Shown one piece after another: positions 51,309 through 60,648 of a stretch of DNA of 64,000 bases. Source of the DNA: Alphaproteobacteria bacterium. GTDB lineage: Bacteria > Pseudomonadota > Alphaproteobacteria > MPNO01. How positions within the stretch are numbered: position 1 is the stretch's first letter; every line of letters starts with the position of its first letter. Under the pieces are notes generated by a model. The model ran no database searches. It was given only the letters and a program-made list of their open reading frames with translations, and was not told where the DNA came from. A program made the translations under genes and the position numbers. The stretch spans positions 1,152,001-1,216,000 of the forward strand of contig OZ219866.1 in assembly GCA_964291675.2 (NCBI GenBank), read 5' to 3'.

Positions 51309-51517
51309 CCGGACTTGTTCCACTGCCGTCCGGTTTGGAATCTCGGGCTGGGCTTCGCGCCGATGGGTGACAACGGGGGTTATGGATGGCCGGTGCGGGC
51401 GTGCGGCGTTCCGTGTGCCGATCCGGGCGATGCGCCGGGACCCCGCCCGTACCAGGGCGTTGCGCCCCGTCCAACTCGCTCGAACCGGGCAGCAGTGGAA
51501 CGCGTCCGGCCATGACG
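51309..51517. mobile_element. MITE-like non-coding element with 28-bp imperfect terminal inverted repeats merged with family B REP arms
   Basis: 51309-51336 vs reverse complement of 51482-51509 match at 23/28. Confidence 0.55.
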
Positions 51518-51748
51518 GGGGCGGGGGCACCGGGCGCAAGCACACGAACAATTGAAACGGAACGCCGGACCCTCCGTCCCCGCCGCGGCCTGGCGATCTT
51601 GAAGCGGCGGCGGAACCGCCGATATCGGAGCGGTTCGTTCGTTCACCGCATGCGTACAGTGCCGCGATTCCCGGGTCCCAGAGTTCGACGCCCGTCCAGC
51701 GCAGCGCCGCCGCCCGTTCCCGGGGCCGTCTCCGCCCGCCCGGGCGGG

Positions 51749-52438
51749 TCAGGGGGGGCCGAGGGCGCGGATCAGCTCGGCGGTTCCGGGGTTGGCGAAT
51801 CTGCGCTGCACCACGATGGCCCGCGCGGTCGCTCCCGGGCCGTAATAGGCCCGGTTGCGGTCCCTGTCCTCGACGGTCACCGAACCTTCGAAGGAGGCGC
51901 CGAAGAAGGCGCCCCGCGACAGCGCGTAGGAGTAGATGTCGGCGCGCAGGTTGAGCGCCGTGGCGCCTTCGTAGCCGACCCCGAACGGGCCGGCGGCGAT
52001 GGACGCATCCGCGCCCAGCTTGAGCTTGGCCTGGAGCATGGCTTCCAGCGTCCGGTGCGACATGATCAGGAAGACCACCTCGGAGTCCTGGAACCCGAAC
52101 TGGAGCCCGATGCTGCCGGTGCCGATGTCGTAGAAGGCGGGGTTGCTCCACCGCCCCTGGCGGTCGCGCGCCAGCAGGACGCCGCTGCCGCCCTCGCCGC
52201 CGATCAGGAAGCTCGCCTTGATCAGGCTGGGGACGATCAGCACCGCCTGCGCCCGGCGGAGCAGCCCGGCGAACGGCCTGGTCTCGGGATTGCGGCGCAT
52301 CTTCTCGACGGTATAGCGCGCGTTGTCGACCAGCGCCTGCGGGGAGGACGCGGCCTCCGCCGGGACCGCCGCCATCGTCATCAGCGCCGCCGTCAGACCC
52401 GCCGCGGCGGCGTTTCTCGACCTCAACCCTGCAAGCAT
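51749..52438 (-). CDS. Lipid-binding SYLF/YSC84 domain protein, exported
   Basis: Signal peptide; IGGEGGSGV, GS.GLQ.G, GADASIAAGP.G, SY..S.G.F.G.S.EG. Confidence 0.85.
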   Translation of the reverse strand: MLAGLRSRNAAAAGLTAALMTMAAVPAEAASSPQALVDNARYTVEKMRRNPETRPFAGLLRRAQAVLIVPSLIKASFLIGGEGGSGVLLARDRQGRWSNPAFYDIGTGSIGLQFGFQDSEVVFLIMSHRTLEAMLQAKLKLGADASIAAGPFGVGYEGATALNLRADIYSYALSRGAFFGASFEGSVTVEDRDRNRAYYGPGATARAIVVQRRFANPGTAELIRALGPP

Positions 52439-52692
52439 CGCGAACTCCCGCTGAACGGCACTCGACGGGGCCGGTCCGACCCTGGGGCTAACATGGTCGG
52501 TCCCGCCCGGTTGGCAAGAATCGCGGCCGGACGGCGGGGTTTCCGGCACCCGTCGCGACCCTGATTATAAGAAAAACTCATCACTATGTTCATAAATCGG
52601 GATGAGACTTAATGATCCGGGGCCCTTAGACTTACCACCTCCCGTTGTAGGAGGGAATTTGCTATCAACCGTACGCGTAAGGGAGAGTTCCG

Positions 52693-53313
52693 ATGAGAGA
52701 CGGCAACAAGATGGAGAGAACGGCGGCGCGCGGCGAAACAGGCGGGCAGCGCGCCCCGGCGCCGTCGCCGGCGTTCGATCGCGACCGGACGCTGCTGATC
52801 GTCGACGACGACGCCCCGTTCCGCACCCGGCTCGCCCGGATCATGGAATCGCGCGGCTTCGACTGCGAAGCCGCCGCGTCGGTGGCCGAGGGGGTGATGG
52901 CCGCCAGCCGCCGTCCGCCGTCCTACGCCCTGCTCGATCTCCGGCTGGAGGACGGCAGCGGGCTCGAGGTGGTGAAGGCGATCCACGCCAAGCGCACCGA
53001 CACCAAGATCGTCATGCTGACCGGCTACGGCAACATCGCCACGGCGGTCGCGGCGGTCAAGGCGGGCGCGGTCGACTACCTCGCCAAGCCGGCGACCGCC
53101 GATGCCATCGAGGCCGCCCTGCTGGCCCAGGGCGACCTGCCGCCGCCGCCCCAGCACCCGATGTCGGCCGACCGGGTGCGCTGGGAGCATATCCAGCGGG
53201 TCTACGAACAATGCGACCGCAACGTGTCCGAGACCGCGCGGCGCCTCAACATGCACCGCCGCACCCTGCAGCGCATCCTCGCCAAGCGGGCGCCGCTGGA
53301 AAGGGCGCTGTGA
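52693..53313 (+). CDS. regA: RegA/ActR/PrrA family response regulator
   Basis: LTGYGNIATAVAAVK.GA.DYL.KP; PMSADRVRWEHIQRVYE.C.RNVSETARRLNMHRRTLQRILAKR. Confidence 0.95.
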   Translation: MRDGNKMERTAARGETGGQRAPAPSPAFDRDRTLLIVDDDAPFRTRLARIMESRGFDCEAAASVAEGVMAASRRPPSYALLDLRLEDGSGLEVVKAIHAKRTDTKIVMLTGYGNIATAVAAVKAGAVDYLAKPATADAIEAALLAQGDLPPPPQHPMSADRVRWEHIQRVYEQCDRNVSETARRLNMHRRTLQRILAKRAPLERAL

Positions 53314-53337
53314 ACGCCGGCCGCGCAAGGCGGCGGG

Positions 53338-53796
53338 TCAGGCGCCGGGATCGATCCGGCGCTGCAGCCGCGCCGCCGCGGCGAGCGCGAAACGCACCGT
53401 CTGGCGCCGCTTGCGCGAGCCGTTGACCGGCACCTTCGCCGCCGCCCGGCGCACCGCGCCGCCATAGGCGTCGGCGACGATCACGCCGCAATCGCCGGGC
53501 AGCAGCCGGTCGGGGAAGCGCTCGGAGACGGCGAAGTAGAAACGCTCGCAGAACGGCGGGTATTCGCGCCACTTGCGGTCGCTGCGGAAGTCCTCGACCG
53601 ACGACTTGACCTCGACGATGACGAACTCGCCCGAATCGTTGAGGCCGATCAGGTCCACCCTGCGGCCGTTGGTCAGGCGGAACTCGTACAGCACCGCATA
53701 GCCGAGATCGGCGAGCAGCCGTGCCGCGCCGCGCCGCAGCCGGGCTTCGGCGCCTTCCCTCCCCGGGACGGTCGGTGCGGGTGCGGTGTCGGGCAT
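53338..53796 (-). CDS. mmcB: MmcB (DUF1052) DNA repair endonuclease
   Basis: GRR.DL, IVEVKSS.EDFR.DRKW.EY..C.RFYFAV. Confidence 0.9.
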   Translation of the reverse strand: MPDTAPAPTVPGREGAEARLRRGAARLLADLGYAVLYEFRLTNGRRVDLIGLNDSGEFVIVEVKSSVEDFRSDRKWREYPPFCERFYFAVSERFPDRLLPGDCGVIVADAYGGAVRRAAAKVPVNGSRKRRQTVRFALAAAARLQRRIDPGA

Positions 53797-53929
53797 CGGT
53801 CCCGTCGCCACCGGAACAAAGCGTGATCATAGCGCCTGCGCAAGCCGCGTGAACGACTTTCTCGCGCGTGCTTTGACGCCGCCTCGCGGGGCCCTATCAT
53901 CGCGCCTCGGCAGCGCTGGCGGCAGGGCC

Positions 53930-55264
53930 ATGGCGAAACGGAGAATGCTGCGCCTCGGCGCCTTCATGCGCCCGGTGACCATCCATACCGGGTCGTGGCG
54001 CTACCCGGGCGCCTGGCCGGACGCGAATTTCAACTTCGCCCGCATCGAGCGCTTCGCCCGCACCCTCGAACGCGGCCGGTTCGACGCCTTCTTCATGGCC
54101 GACCACCTGGCCGTGCTGAACATGCCGATGGAGGCGCTGAAGCGGAGCGCCACCGTCACCTCGTTCGAGCCGATGACGCTGCTGCCGGCGCTGGCCATGG
54201 TCACCAAGCGCCTGGGTTTGATCGCCACCGGCTCGACCACCTATGACGAGCCCTACCACGTCGCCCGGCGCTTCGCCTCGCTCGACCATATCAGCGGCGG
54301 GCGGGCCGGCTGGAACGTGGTCACCACGTCGAACCCCGACGCCTCGCGCAATTTCGGCCGCGACGAGCATCTCGAACACGCGCTGCGCTACCGCCGCGCG
54401 CGCGAGTTCTTCGACGTGGTGACGGGGCTGTGGGACAGCTGGGAGGACGACGCCTTCCTGCGCGACCAGGAGAGCGGCATCTTCTTCGACCCGGAGAAGC
54501 TCCACGTGCTCGGCCACAGGGGCGAGCATTTCGACGTGCGCGGGCCGCTCAACATCGCCCGGCCGGTGCAGGGCTGGCCGGTGATCGTCCAGGCCGGCGC
54601 GTCGGATGCCGGGCGCCAGCTCGCCGCCGAGACCGCCGAGGCGGTGTTCGCCGCCGCCGCCGATCTCGAGGCCGGCCGCGAATTCTACGCCGACGTCAAG
54701 GGCAGGATGGAGAAGGCCGGGCGCGACCCCGACCGGATGAAGATCCTGCCGGGCTGCATGGTGGTGGTCGGCGACTCGCTGGACGAGGCGCGGGAGAAGC
54801 GCGCGCTGCTCGACAGCAAGGTGCATTTCGACAGCGCCGTCGCCGCGCTGTCGATCTCGCTCGGCCACGACGCCTCCAAATTCGATCCCGACGGCCCGCT
54901 GCCGGAGATCCCGGAGAGCAACGCGTCCAAGTCGGGGCGCGACCGCGCGATCGCGCTGGCACGGCGCGAGAAGCTGACGGTGCGCCAGCTCGCCCAGCGC
55001 CTCGGCGGCTATTCCGGGCTCTGCATGCTCGGCACGCCCGGGCAGATCGCCGACGAGATGGAGGAGTGGCTGGAGACCCGGGGCAGCGACGGGTTCAACC
55101 TGATGTTCCCCTATCTGCCCGAAGGGCTCGACGACTTCGTCGACCGCGTGGTGCCGGTGCTGCAGCGCCGCGGGCTGTTTCGCCGCGACTACGAAGGCGC
55201 TACGCTGCGCGACAATCTGGGGCTGCGGCGGCCGGAGAGCCGCTACGCCCGCGCACGGGGCTGA
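53930..55264 (+). CDS. LLM class flavin-dependent monooxygenase (NtaA/SnaA/DszA family)
   Basis: FMAD, EP.TL, ARRFASLDHISGGRAGWNVVT, LWDSWEDDA, QAGAS. Confidence 0.9.
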   Translation: MAKRRMLRLGAFMRPVTIHTGSWRYPGAWPDANFNFARIERFARTLERGRFDAFFMADHLAVLNMPMEALKRSATVTSFEPMTLLPALAMVTKRLGLIATGSTTYDEPYHVARRFASLDHISGGRAGWNVVTTSNPDASRNFGRDEHLEHALRYRRAREFFDVVTGLWDSWEDDAFLRDQESGIFFDPEKLHVLGHRGEHFDVRGPLNIARPVQGWPVIVQAGASDAGRQLAAETAEAVFAAAADLEAGREFYADVKGRMEKAGRDPDRMKILPGCMVVVGDSLDEAREKRALLDSKVHFDSAVAALSISLGHDASKFDPDGPLPEIPESNASKSGRDRAIALARREKLTVRQLAQRLGGYSGLCMLGTPGQIADEMEEWLETRGSDGFNLMFPYLPEGLDDFVDRVVPVLQRRGLFRRDYEGATLRDNLGLRRPESRYARARG

Positions 55265-55268
55265 TCCG

Positions 55269-56084
55269 ATGGCCAAGCTGCTCAGCGATGCCGAGCTCGC
55301 GCAGTGGCGGCGCTGCGGCGCGGTGTGGCCGCTCGACCTGCTGACGGCGGACGAGGCGGCGGCGCTCCGCGCGCGCTACGAGGCGCTCGATGCGGCCACC
55401 GAGGGCGGCGCGCAGTCGCGCTACCGGATCAAGGCGCATCTGCCCTTCCCCTGGCTCTGGCGGGTGATCCGCCTGCCCCGCCTGGCCGATGCGATCGAGG
55501 ACCTGCTGGGCCCCGACCTGGTCTGCTGGGGCTCGTCCTTCTTCGCCAAGCCGGCGCACGATCCGGGCTTCATCTCCTGGCACCAGGACTCGACCTATTA
55601 CGGGCTGGAGCCGCCCGAATCGGTGACCGCGTGGATCGCCTTCAGCGACGCGACCAGCGAGGCGGGCTGCATGAAGATCGTCGCCGGCTCCCATCTCGGC
55701 CCGGAGATCCTGCCGCATGACGAGATCCCCGACCCCGACAACATGCTGGTGCGCGGCCAGACCGTGCGGGGCGTCGACGAGACGCTCGCGGTCGAGATGC
55801 CGCTCGCGGCGGGGCAAATGTCGATCCACCACAACAAGACCATCCATTCGTCGGAGCCCAACCGGGCGGGCTGGCCGCGCATCGGCTTCGCGGTCCATTT
55901 CGCCGCCACCCATGTCCGCCAGATGCAGTTCGACGGCGCCACCGCGATCCTGCTCCGGGGTGCCGACCGCGAAGGCAACTGGCTGCCCGACCCCGAGCCC
56001 GCGGCGGATTTCGACCCGGCCTGCCTGGCCGCCCTCGACGTGTCCTGGACGCGCTACCGGACGGCGATGCGGGCGCAGCGCTAG
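55269..56084 (+). CDS. PhyH family Fe(II)/2OG dioxygenase
   Basis: SWHQDSTYYGLEP, GQMSIHH..IHSSEPN. Confidence 0.9.
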   Translation: MAKLLSDAELAQWRRCGAVWPLDLLTADEAAALRARYEALDAATEGGAQSRYRIKAHLPFPWLWRVIRLPRLADAIEDLLGPDLVCWGSSFFAKPAHDPGFISWHQDSTYYGLEPPESVTAWIAFSDATSEAGCMKIVAGSHLGPEILPHDEIPDPDNMLVRGQTVRGVDETLAVEMPLAAGQMSIHHNKTIHSSEPNRAGWPRIGFAVHFAATHVRQMQFDGATAILLRGADREGNWLPDPEPAADFDPACLAALDVSWTRYRTAMRAQR

Positions 56085-56103
56085 CCCCGCCGGGCAGGCC
56101 TAA

Positions 56104-56119
56104 TGTTTCACGTGAAACA
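56104..56119. other. parS: parS centromere site (perfect palindrome TGTTTCACGTGAAACA)
   Basis: Exact match to the canonical chromosomal ParB binding site. Confidence 0.9.
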
Positions 56120-56140
56120 ATGGTCAGCATTGTTGACCTA

Positions 56141-56156
56141 TGTTTCACGTCAAACA
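56141..56156. other. parS: parS site, one mismatch (TGTTTCACGTCAAACA)
   Basis: 15/16 match, 37 bp from the first site. Confidence 0.8.
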
Positions 56157-56281
56157 CTGCCCGAAACGGGCAAATTCGCGCCCCCCGGGGACGCCGCGAC
56201 CTCGCGCCGCGGCGGCGCCGCGGCGGGGTTTGCCGCCCGCCCCGGCGGCTTGCCGGAGACTCTTGGGAGACCGGTTCGGGT

Positions 56282-57139
56282 TCAGCCCCGAAGGTGGCGG
56301 TCGAAGAACCGGGCCAGCGGGTCGAAGGAGGTCGGCGAGGAGCGCGTCGCCTGGTCGATATAGACCACCTCGATCTCGCCCCCGGCGGCGCGGTAGCCGG
56401 CGGCGAAGCGCTCGGGCTCGTTGAGCGCGGCGCCGCCGTCGAGGTCGAGATAGTCGTGCACCTCGTCGGGCCGGCCCTGCACCCAGAGCGCGGGCGGCGT
56501 CTCGACCGCCTCGCCGCGCTCCAGCGCCAGCAGCGGGTTGCCCTCTTCCATCGCCGCCTCGGTGACCCAGTATGTGTCGTGGCATTCGCGGATCCCGGCC
56601 ACCCAGGCGGGCGGCTCGGCGCGCGCCTCGACGCGCGCGGCGTGGCGGTAGCGCGACAGCGGGTTGATCACCGGCCACGACATGCCGACGCAGCGCACGC
56701 GCGCGTCGACATCGGCGGCGCCGTCGAGCGGGATGGCGGCATAGCGCGGATCGTGCGGGCGCATCGCCGCCAGCATGGCGAGATGGCCGCCGCTCGACTG
56801 GCCGCTGAGGCCGATGCGCCCGGCATCGGCGCCGAACTCCCCGGCATGGGCCTTGAACCAGCGGATCGCGTAGTTGATGTCGGCGAGCGAGCTCGGATAG
56901 CCGTCCCCGGCATGGCGGAAATCGATCGCCGCGGCGACGATCCCGGAATCGGCCAGCGCCTCGTCGCGCTCCCGGCAGGTGGTCAGGTCGCCCCGGTTCC
57001 AGGCGCCGCCGTGGAGGTCGATCACCGCCGGGAACGGGCCCTCGCCGTCGGGCGCGAACACCCGCATCGTGAGCGGCGTGCCGCCGTGATGCAGATACGC
57101 GATGTCGGTGGTCGCGATGGTGCGCACGTCGCTCGCCAT
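56282..57139 (-). CDS. Alpha/beta hydrolase (HSL-like)
   Basis: LHGGAW, GQSSGGHLA. Confidence 0.85.
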   Translation of the reverse strand: MASDVRTIATTDIAYLHHGGTPLTMRVFAPDGEGPFPAVIDLHGGAWNRGDLTTCRERDEALADSGIVAAAIDFRHAGDGYPSSLADINYAIRWFKAHAGEFGADAGRIGLSGQSSGGHLAMLAAMRPHDPRYAAIPLDGAADVDARVRCVGMSWPVINPLSRYRHAARVEARAEPPAWVAGIRECHDTYWVTEAAMEEGNPLLALERGEAVETPPALWVQGRPDEVHDYLDLDGGAALNEPERFAAGYRAAGGEIEVVYIDQATRSSPTSFDPLARFFDRHLRG

Positions 57140-57308
57140 GTCCGGTCTCCCGCGTCGCCGTTCGGACGATGGTACGCGGGTTGGCGCCGCTTGCGAAAGC
57201 CTGGCGGTTTCGCCGCATCGCGATTCGCTCTACCCTGCCCCGACGCATGGATCGAGCGGCGGGCAGCACCGCAACCGGGTCGATCGAGGCGTGCTTGAGG
57301 GACTCGCG

Positions 57309-57923
57309 ATGGATCGTGTCTTCATTTACTGGGACAACTCGAACCTTTTCATCAGCGCCCGTGACGTCGCGGTCGAGCGCGAAGGCGCCACGGCCCGTCA
57401 TCGTGTGCGCGTCCAATTCCGGCATCTCCTGGAATTGGCGCGCGCAGGCCGCGATATCGAGCACGCGATCGCCGTGGGATCCGTCCCGCCGGAGCTTCGA
57501 CACGTCTGGAATCGGCTGGAGAACGAGGGCGTGACCGTTCAGCTCCTGGAACGGGGTGCGTTGGAGGGCCGGGAACAGGGCGTGGACCAGACGCTGCAGA
57601 CCGCAATGTTGCGCGATGCGTTCGACTACAACGGAGATCCCGGCATCGCGGTATTGCTGACCGGAGACGGGAGCGGCTTCATCGACGGCGTCGGCTTCCA
57701 CGCCGACCTCGAACGCATGCACAGCCGGGGATGGCGGATCGAGGTGTTGTCGTGGCGGCACAGCTGCAATCGCCGAATGCGGGAATGGGCCGAACAAAAC
57801 GGCAAGTTCGTGGCACTCGACGACTTCTGCGACAGCATAACCTTTCTGGAGCGCTCGATGCCGGGCGATCCTATCGCCCAACCGCGCCACGCGGTTCCCG
57901 TCGATCTGGACAGACGCGCGTGA
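57309..57923 (+). CDS. NYN (LabA/PIN-like) domain protein
   Basis: VFIYWDNSN, EQGVD, LLTGDG.GF acidic motifs. Confidence 0.8.
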   Translation: MDRVFIYWDNSNLFISARDVAVEREGATARHRVRVQFRHLLELARAGRDIEHAIAVGSVPPELRHVWNRLENEGVTVQLLERGALEGREQGVDQTLQTAMLRDAFDYNGDPGIAVLLTGDGSGFIDGVGFHADLERMHSRGWRIEVLSWRHSCNRRMREWAEQNGKFVALDDFCDSITFLERSMPGDPIAQPRHAVPVDLDRRA

Positions 57924-57984
57924 CCGATCTTGACGCGGTGTGCCCAGGCCAGTCGTTGGCATGAGAAGTTGGAAGGGGATGGAC

Positions 57985-58440
57985 ATGAGCCTGATCGAAG
58001 CCGGCGCGGCGGCGCCCGCCTTCTCGATGGTCAACCAGGACGGCGAGCGGGTCGGCCTCGACGACTTCGCCGGAAGCTACGTGCTGCTCTGGTGGTACCC
58101 GAAGGCCTCGACCCCGGGGTGAACCGCCGAGGGCCAGGGGTTCCGTGATCGAATCCAGGATTTTGAGGACCGGAACACCGTCATCCTCGGCGTGAGCTTC
58201 GACCCGACCGAGGCCAACCGGCGGTTCCGCGAGAAGCAGGGCTTTCCCTACGACCTCCTGAGCGACCTCGACAAGACGGCGAGCATCGCCTATGGCGTGG
58301 CGACGGCGGACGACCAGCGCACCCCGCGCCGCTCGGTGCTGATCGCGCCCGACGGCACCGTCGCCGCCGCCTACGCCACGGTCAAGCCGGCCGAGCATCC
58401 CGACCGGGTGCTCGCCGACCTCGATTCGCTCGGCGGGTGA
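57985..58440 (+). CDS. bcp: BCP/PrxQ peroxiredoxin with in-frame UGA (selenocysteine) at codon 46
   Basis: YPKASTPG-[TGA 58120-58122]-TAEGQGFRD aligns with BCP YPKxxTPGCTxEAxxFRD; frame continues through LGVSFD, FPYDLLSD, R.SVLI.PDG. Confidence 0.85.
58134..58159 (+). promoter_or_regulatory. Candidate bacterial SECIS hairpin
   Basis: GGGTTC/GAATCC stem, 7-nt loop CGTGATC starting 21 nt after UGA, extendable by CC/GG. Confidence 0.5.
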
Positions 58441-58757
58441 CGGGGTGCGTCCTTCGATCGGGGCTTGTGCGCTAGCCAATCCCGCTGGAAAGAACGCGGA
58501 TACGATAGGGCAGCACAACAAAATCTGCGCGTGGGGGACTTCCGACGGGGAAGACCCGGATCACGGTGAGAAGGTCACAGAGTCTGCCCGTCGATCCGGT
58601 ACACGCTCCAGACCCGGCCAGACACATAGCCGCCCCCTGCGAGGACCGGCCGCAACCTCCGGCTCGGCGGGGCGCACAACAAAGAAATTATAGCCGCTTG
58701 GAGATCGCGGACCGGCCGGACCGCGGTCGCAGCGGTCCGAGCGTCTCGTCCCCGCCG

Positions 58758-60101
58758 CTACTCCGCGGCCTCGGCCGGCGTCTTCGGGCTGTTGGCGGCG
58801 ATGGTCTGCATGTTGTTGCGCCGGGTGACGAATTTTTCCGGGCCCTCGTAGACGCCGTCCGGGATGTCGAAATAGCCGGAATCGAACTGCGCCTCGTCGG
58901 TCAGCCGCATGGCGATCGAGTCGAACGGGCACACGTCCATGCAGAGCTCGCAGCCGATGCAGGTCTCGGGATGGACCTCGACCTTGCCCGCCGGGCTCTG
59001 CGACAGCGCCTCGTAGAAGCACATCTGGATGCAGATCGTGCAGCTCGGGTTCTGGCAGGTGTCCTCGTTGACCACCGCGTGCACGCGGTCGCGGGCGAAC
59101 TGCTCGGCATAGTCCTTCGCCGCCCGGCGCGAGGCGATCCCCCGCATCGACTCGACGTCCGGGTAGCCGTGCTCGTCCATGAAGCGCTCGACCCCGTTGA
59201 TGATGTTGGGCAGCCACTTCATGCCCTTGATCATCAGCACCGAGCCGATCTCCACCACATTCGCGCCGGTCATCAGGAACTCGACCGCGTCGCGGTGGTC
59301 GAAGATGCCGTTGGTGCCGGCGATCGGGATGCCGACCTGGGTGTAGATGTTGTGCACCCATCTGAGCGTCAGCGGCTTGACCCAGGTGCCGCCGATGCCC
59401 GCCGTGCCGGCGAGCCGGGGCTCCGCCGCCTCGATGTCGACCGCGAACCCGGTATGGCGGTTGGTCGCGGTGACCGCCGCCGCGCCCGCCTTCTGCACCG
59501 CGCGGGCGATCTCGACCGGGCGCGACTGGTCCGGGGTGAGCTTGACCACGACCGGGATGTCGACCGCCTCGACCACCTGGCGGGTGACCTCGAAGGCGAT
59601 GTCCTCTTCCTGGCTGATCATGCTGCCGCCGTGGACGCCCGGCATCAGGGCGGGGTGCGGGCAGCCGAAATTGAGCTCGACCATGGGCAGCCCGCAATCC
59701 TCGATGGTGCGGCAGATGTCCTTCCAGCCGTCGACCTCCTTGGCGCCGGCCGAGCCGATCAGATGCGCCCCGCGCTCGGCGGCATAGGCGCCGACCTCCT
59801 TGAGATAGGGGATCCAGTCCTTGTAGTAGGTGCTGGAATAGCCCGACCGGCTGTAGAACACGAAGTCGCGCGGCACCTTGCCCTTGATGATGTCGCCGCG
59901 GTCGTTGAGGATCGCGTATTTCGAGTTCTGCGTGAGCCGCGCCATGTCCTCCATGTCGGTCAGCGTCTTGACGATGGCCCCCGCCGCCCCGTAGTCGAAG
60001 CACTGCTTCATCAGGTCGGGGCTGTTGGTGGTCTCCAGCGAGGCGACCACCACCGGGTTCTTGAACGGGATGCCGCAAAACTCGACTGCCATGTCTGCCA
60101 T
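58758..60101 (-). CDS. Dihydropyrimidine dehydrogenase PreA-like flavoprotein with C-terminal 4Fe-4S domain
   Basis: FKNP...AS, KT, ELNFGCPH, VKLTP, GGI-like NGI; CxxCxxCxxxCP ferredoxin motifs. Confidence 0.75.
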   Translation of the reverse strand: MADMAVEFCGIPFKNPVVVASLETTNSPDLMKQCFDYGAAGAIVKTLTDMEDMARLTQNSKYAILNDRGDIIKGKVPRDFVFYSRSGYSSTYYKDWIPYLKEVGAYAAERGAHLIGSAGAKEVDGWKDICRTIEDCGLPMVELNFGCPHPALMPGVHGGSMISQEEDIAFEVTRQVVEAVDIPVVVKLTPDQSRPVEIARAVQKAGAAAVTATNRHTGFAVDIEAAEPRLAGTAGIGGTWVKPLTLRWVHNIYTQVGIPIAGTNGIFDHRDAVEFLMTGANVVEIGSVLMIKGMKWLPNIINGVERFMDEHGYPDVESMRGIASRRAAKDYAEQFARDRVHAVVNEDTCQNPSCTICIQMCFYEALSQSPAGKVEVHPETCIGCELCMDVCPFDSIAMRLTDEAQFDSGYFDIPDGVYEGPEKFVTRRNNMQTIAANSPKTPAEAAE

Positions 60102-60164
60102 CGGATATCTCCGCGCTTCGGGGGCGTTAAGCTCAGTATACTGACAATTCTCCGCCGCCGTAAC

Positions 60165-60476
60165 CTATTCCTCGGGCTCGGTGGTGAACATCAGCGGGTG
60201 GCCGTGCTCGCGCCCGAGATCGGTCGCCTCCGTCGCCTTGGTCTCGGCGATGTCGCGGGTATAGACCGCGACCACGCATGACCCCTTGGTGTGCGCCGTC
60301 GCCATCACCCGGTAGGCCTCGTCGTCGTTCATCTTGAACACCGCCCTGAGCACCAGGATCACGAACTCGCGCGGCGTGTAGTCGTCGTTGAGCAGGATGA
60401 CCTTGTGCAGCCGGGGCCGCTCGGTCTTGCTCTCGGTCTTCGTCTTGGTGCGCTGATCGGTGTCGACGTCCCGCAT
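60165..60476 (-). CDS. clpS: N-end rule adaptor ClpS (ClpS2 type)
   Basis: LLNDDYTPREFV, AH..G, DIAETK, PLMFTTEPEE; no clpA adjacent. Confidence 0.9.
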   Translation of the reverse strand: MRDVDTDQRTKTKTESKTERPRLHKVILLNDDYTPREFVILVLRAVFKMNDDEAYRVMATAHTKGSCVVAVYTRDIAETKATEATDLGREHGHPLMFTTEPEE

Positions 60477-60648
60477 GCGCCAGGCCCCGCAACCGCCTGC
60501 GCTCTAGCCTCGCACGGTTCCGCGCCCCGGTCCAGCGCGCGCGGCCCGGCGCAGCCGAACGGAGCTGCGCCCTTTTCTTTTCCCCCCGGCCGGTAGATCA
60601 TGCGCGGGAACCGGCGGCCGGACGGGCAGGGGGCGCGGGAAGCGGGCG

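Noticed and set aside
56103-56424. ORFs starting MFHVKQ / MFHVKH
   Set aside because: These are translations of the parS palindromes, not proteins
57940-58440. Two small separate ORFs or a peroxiredoxin pseudogene
   Set aside because: The only stop falls exactly on the catalytic Cys codon and the rest is intact, so Sec recoding is the more parsimonious reading
58441-58757. Lower-GC intergenic stretch with two GCACAACAAA copies; possible ncRNA or decayed toxin gene
   Set aside because: No convincing structure or intact family motif could be established by eye
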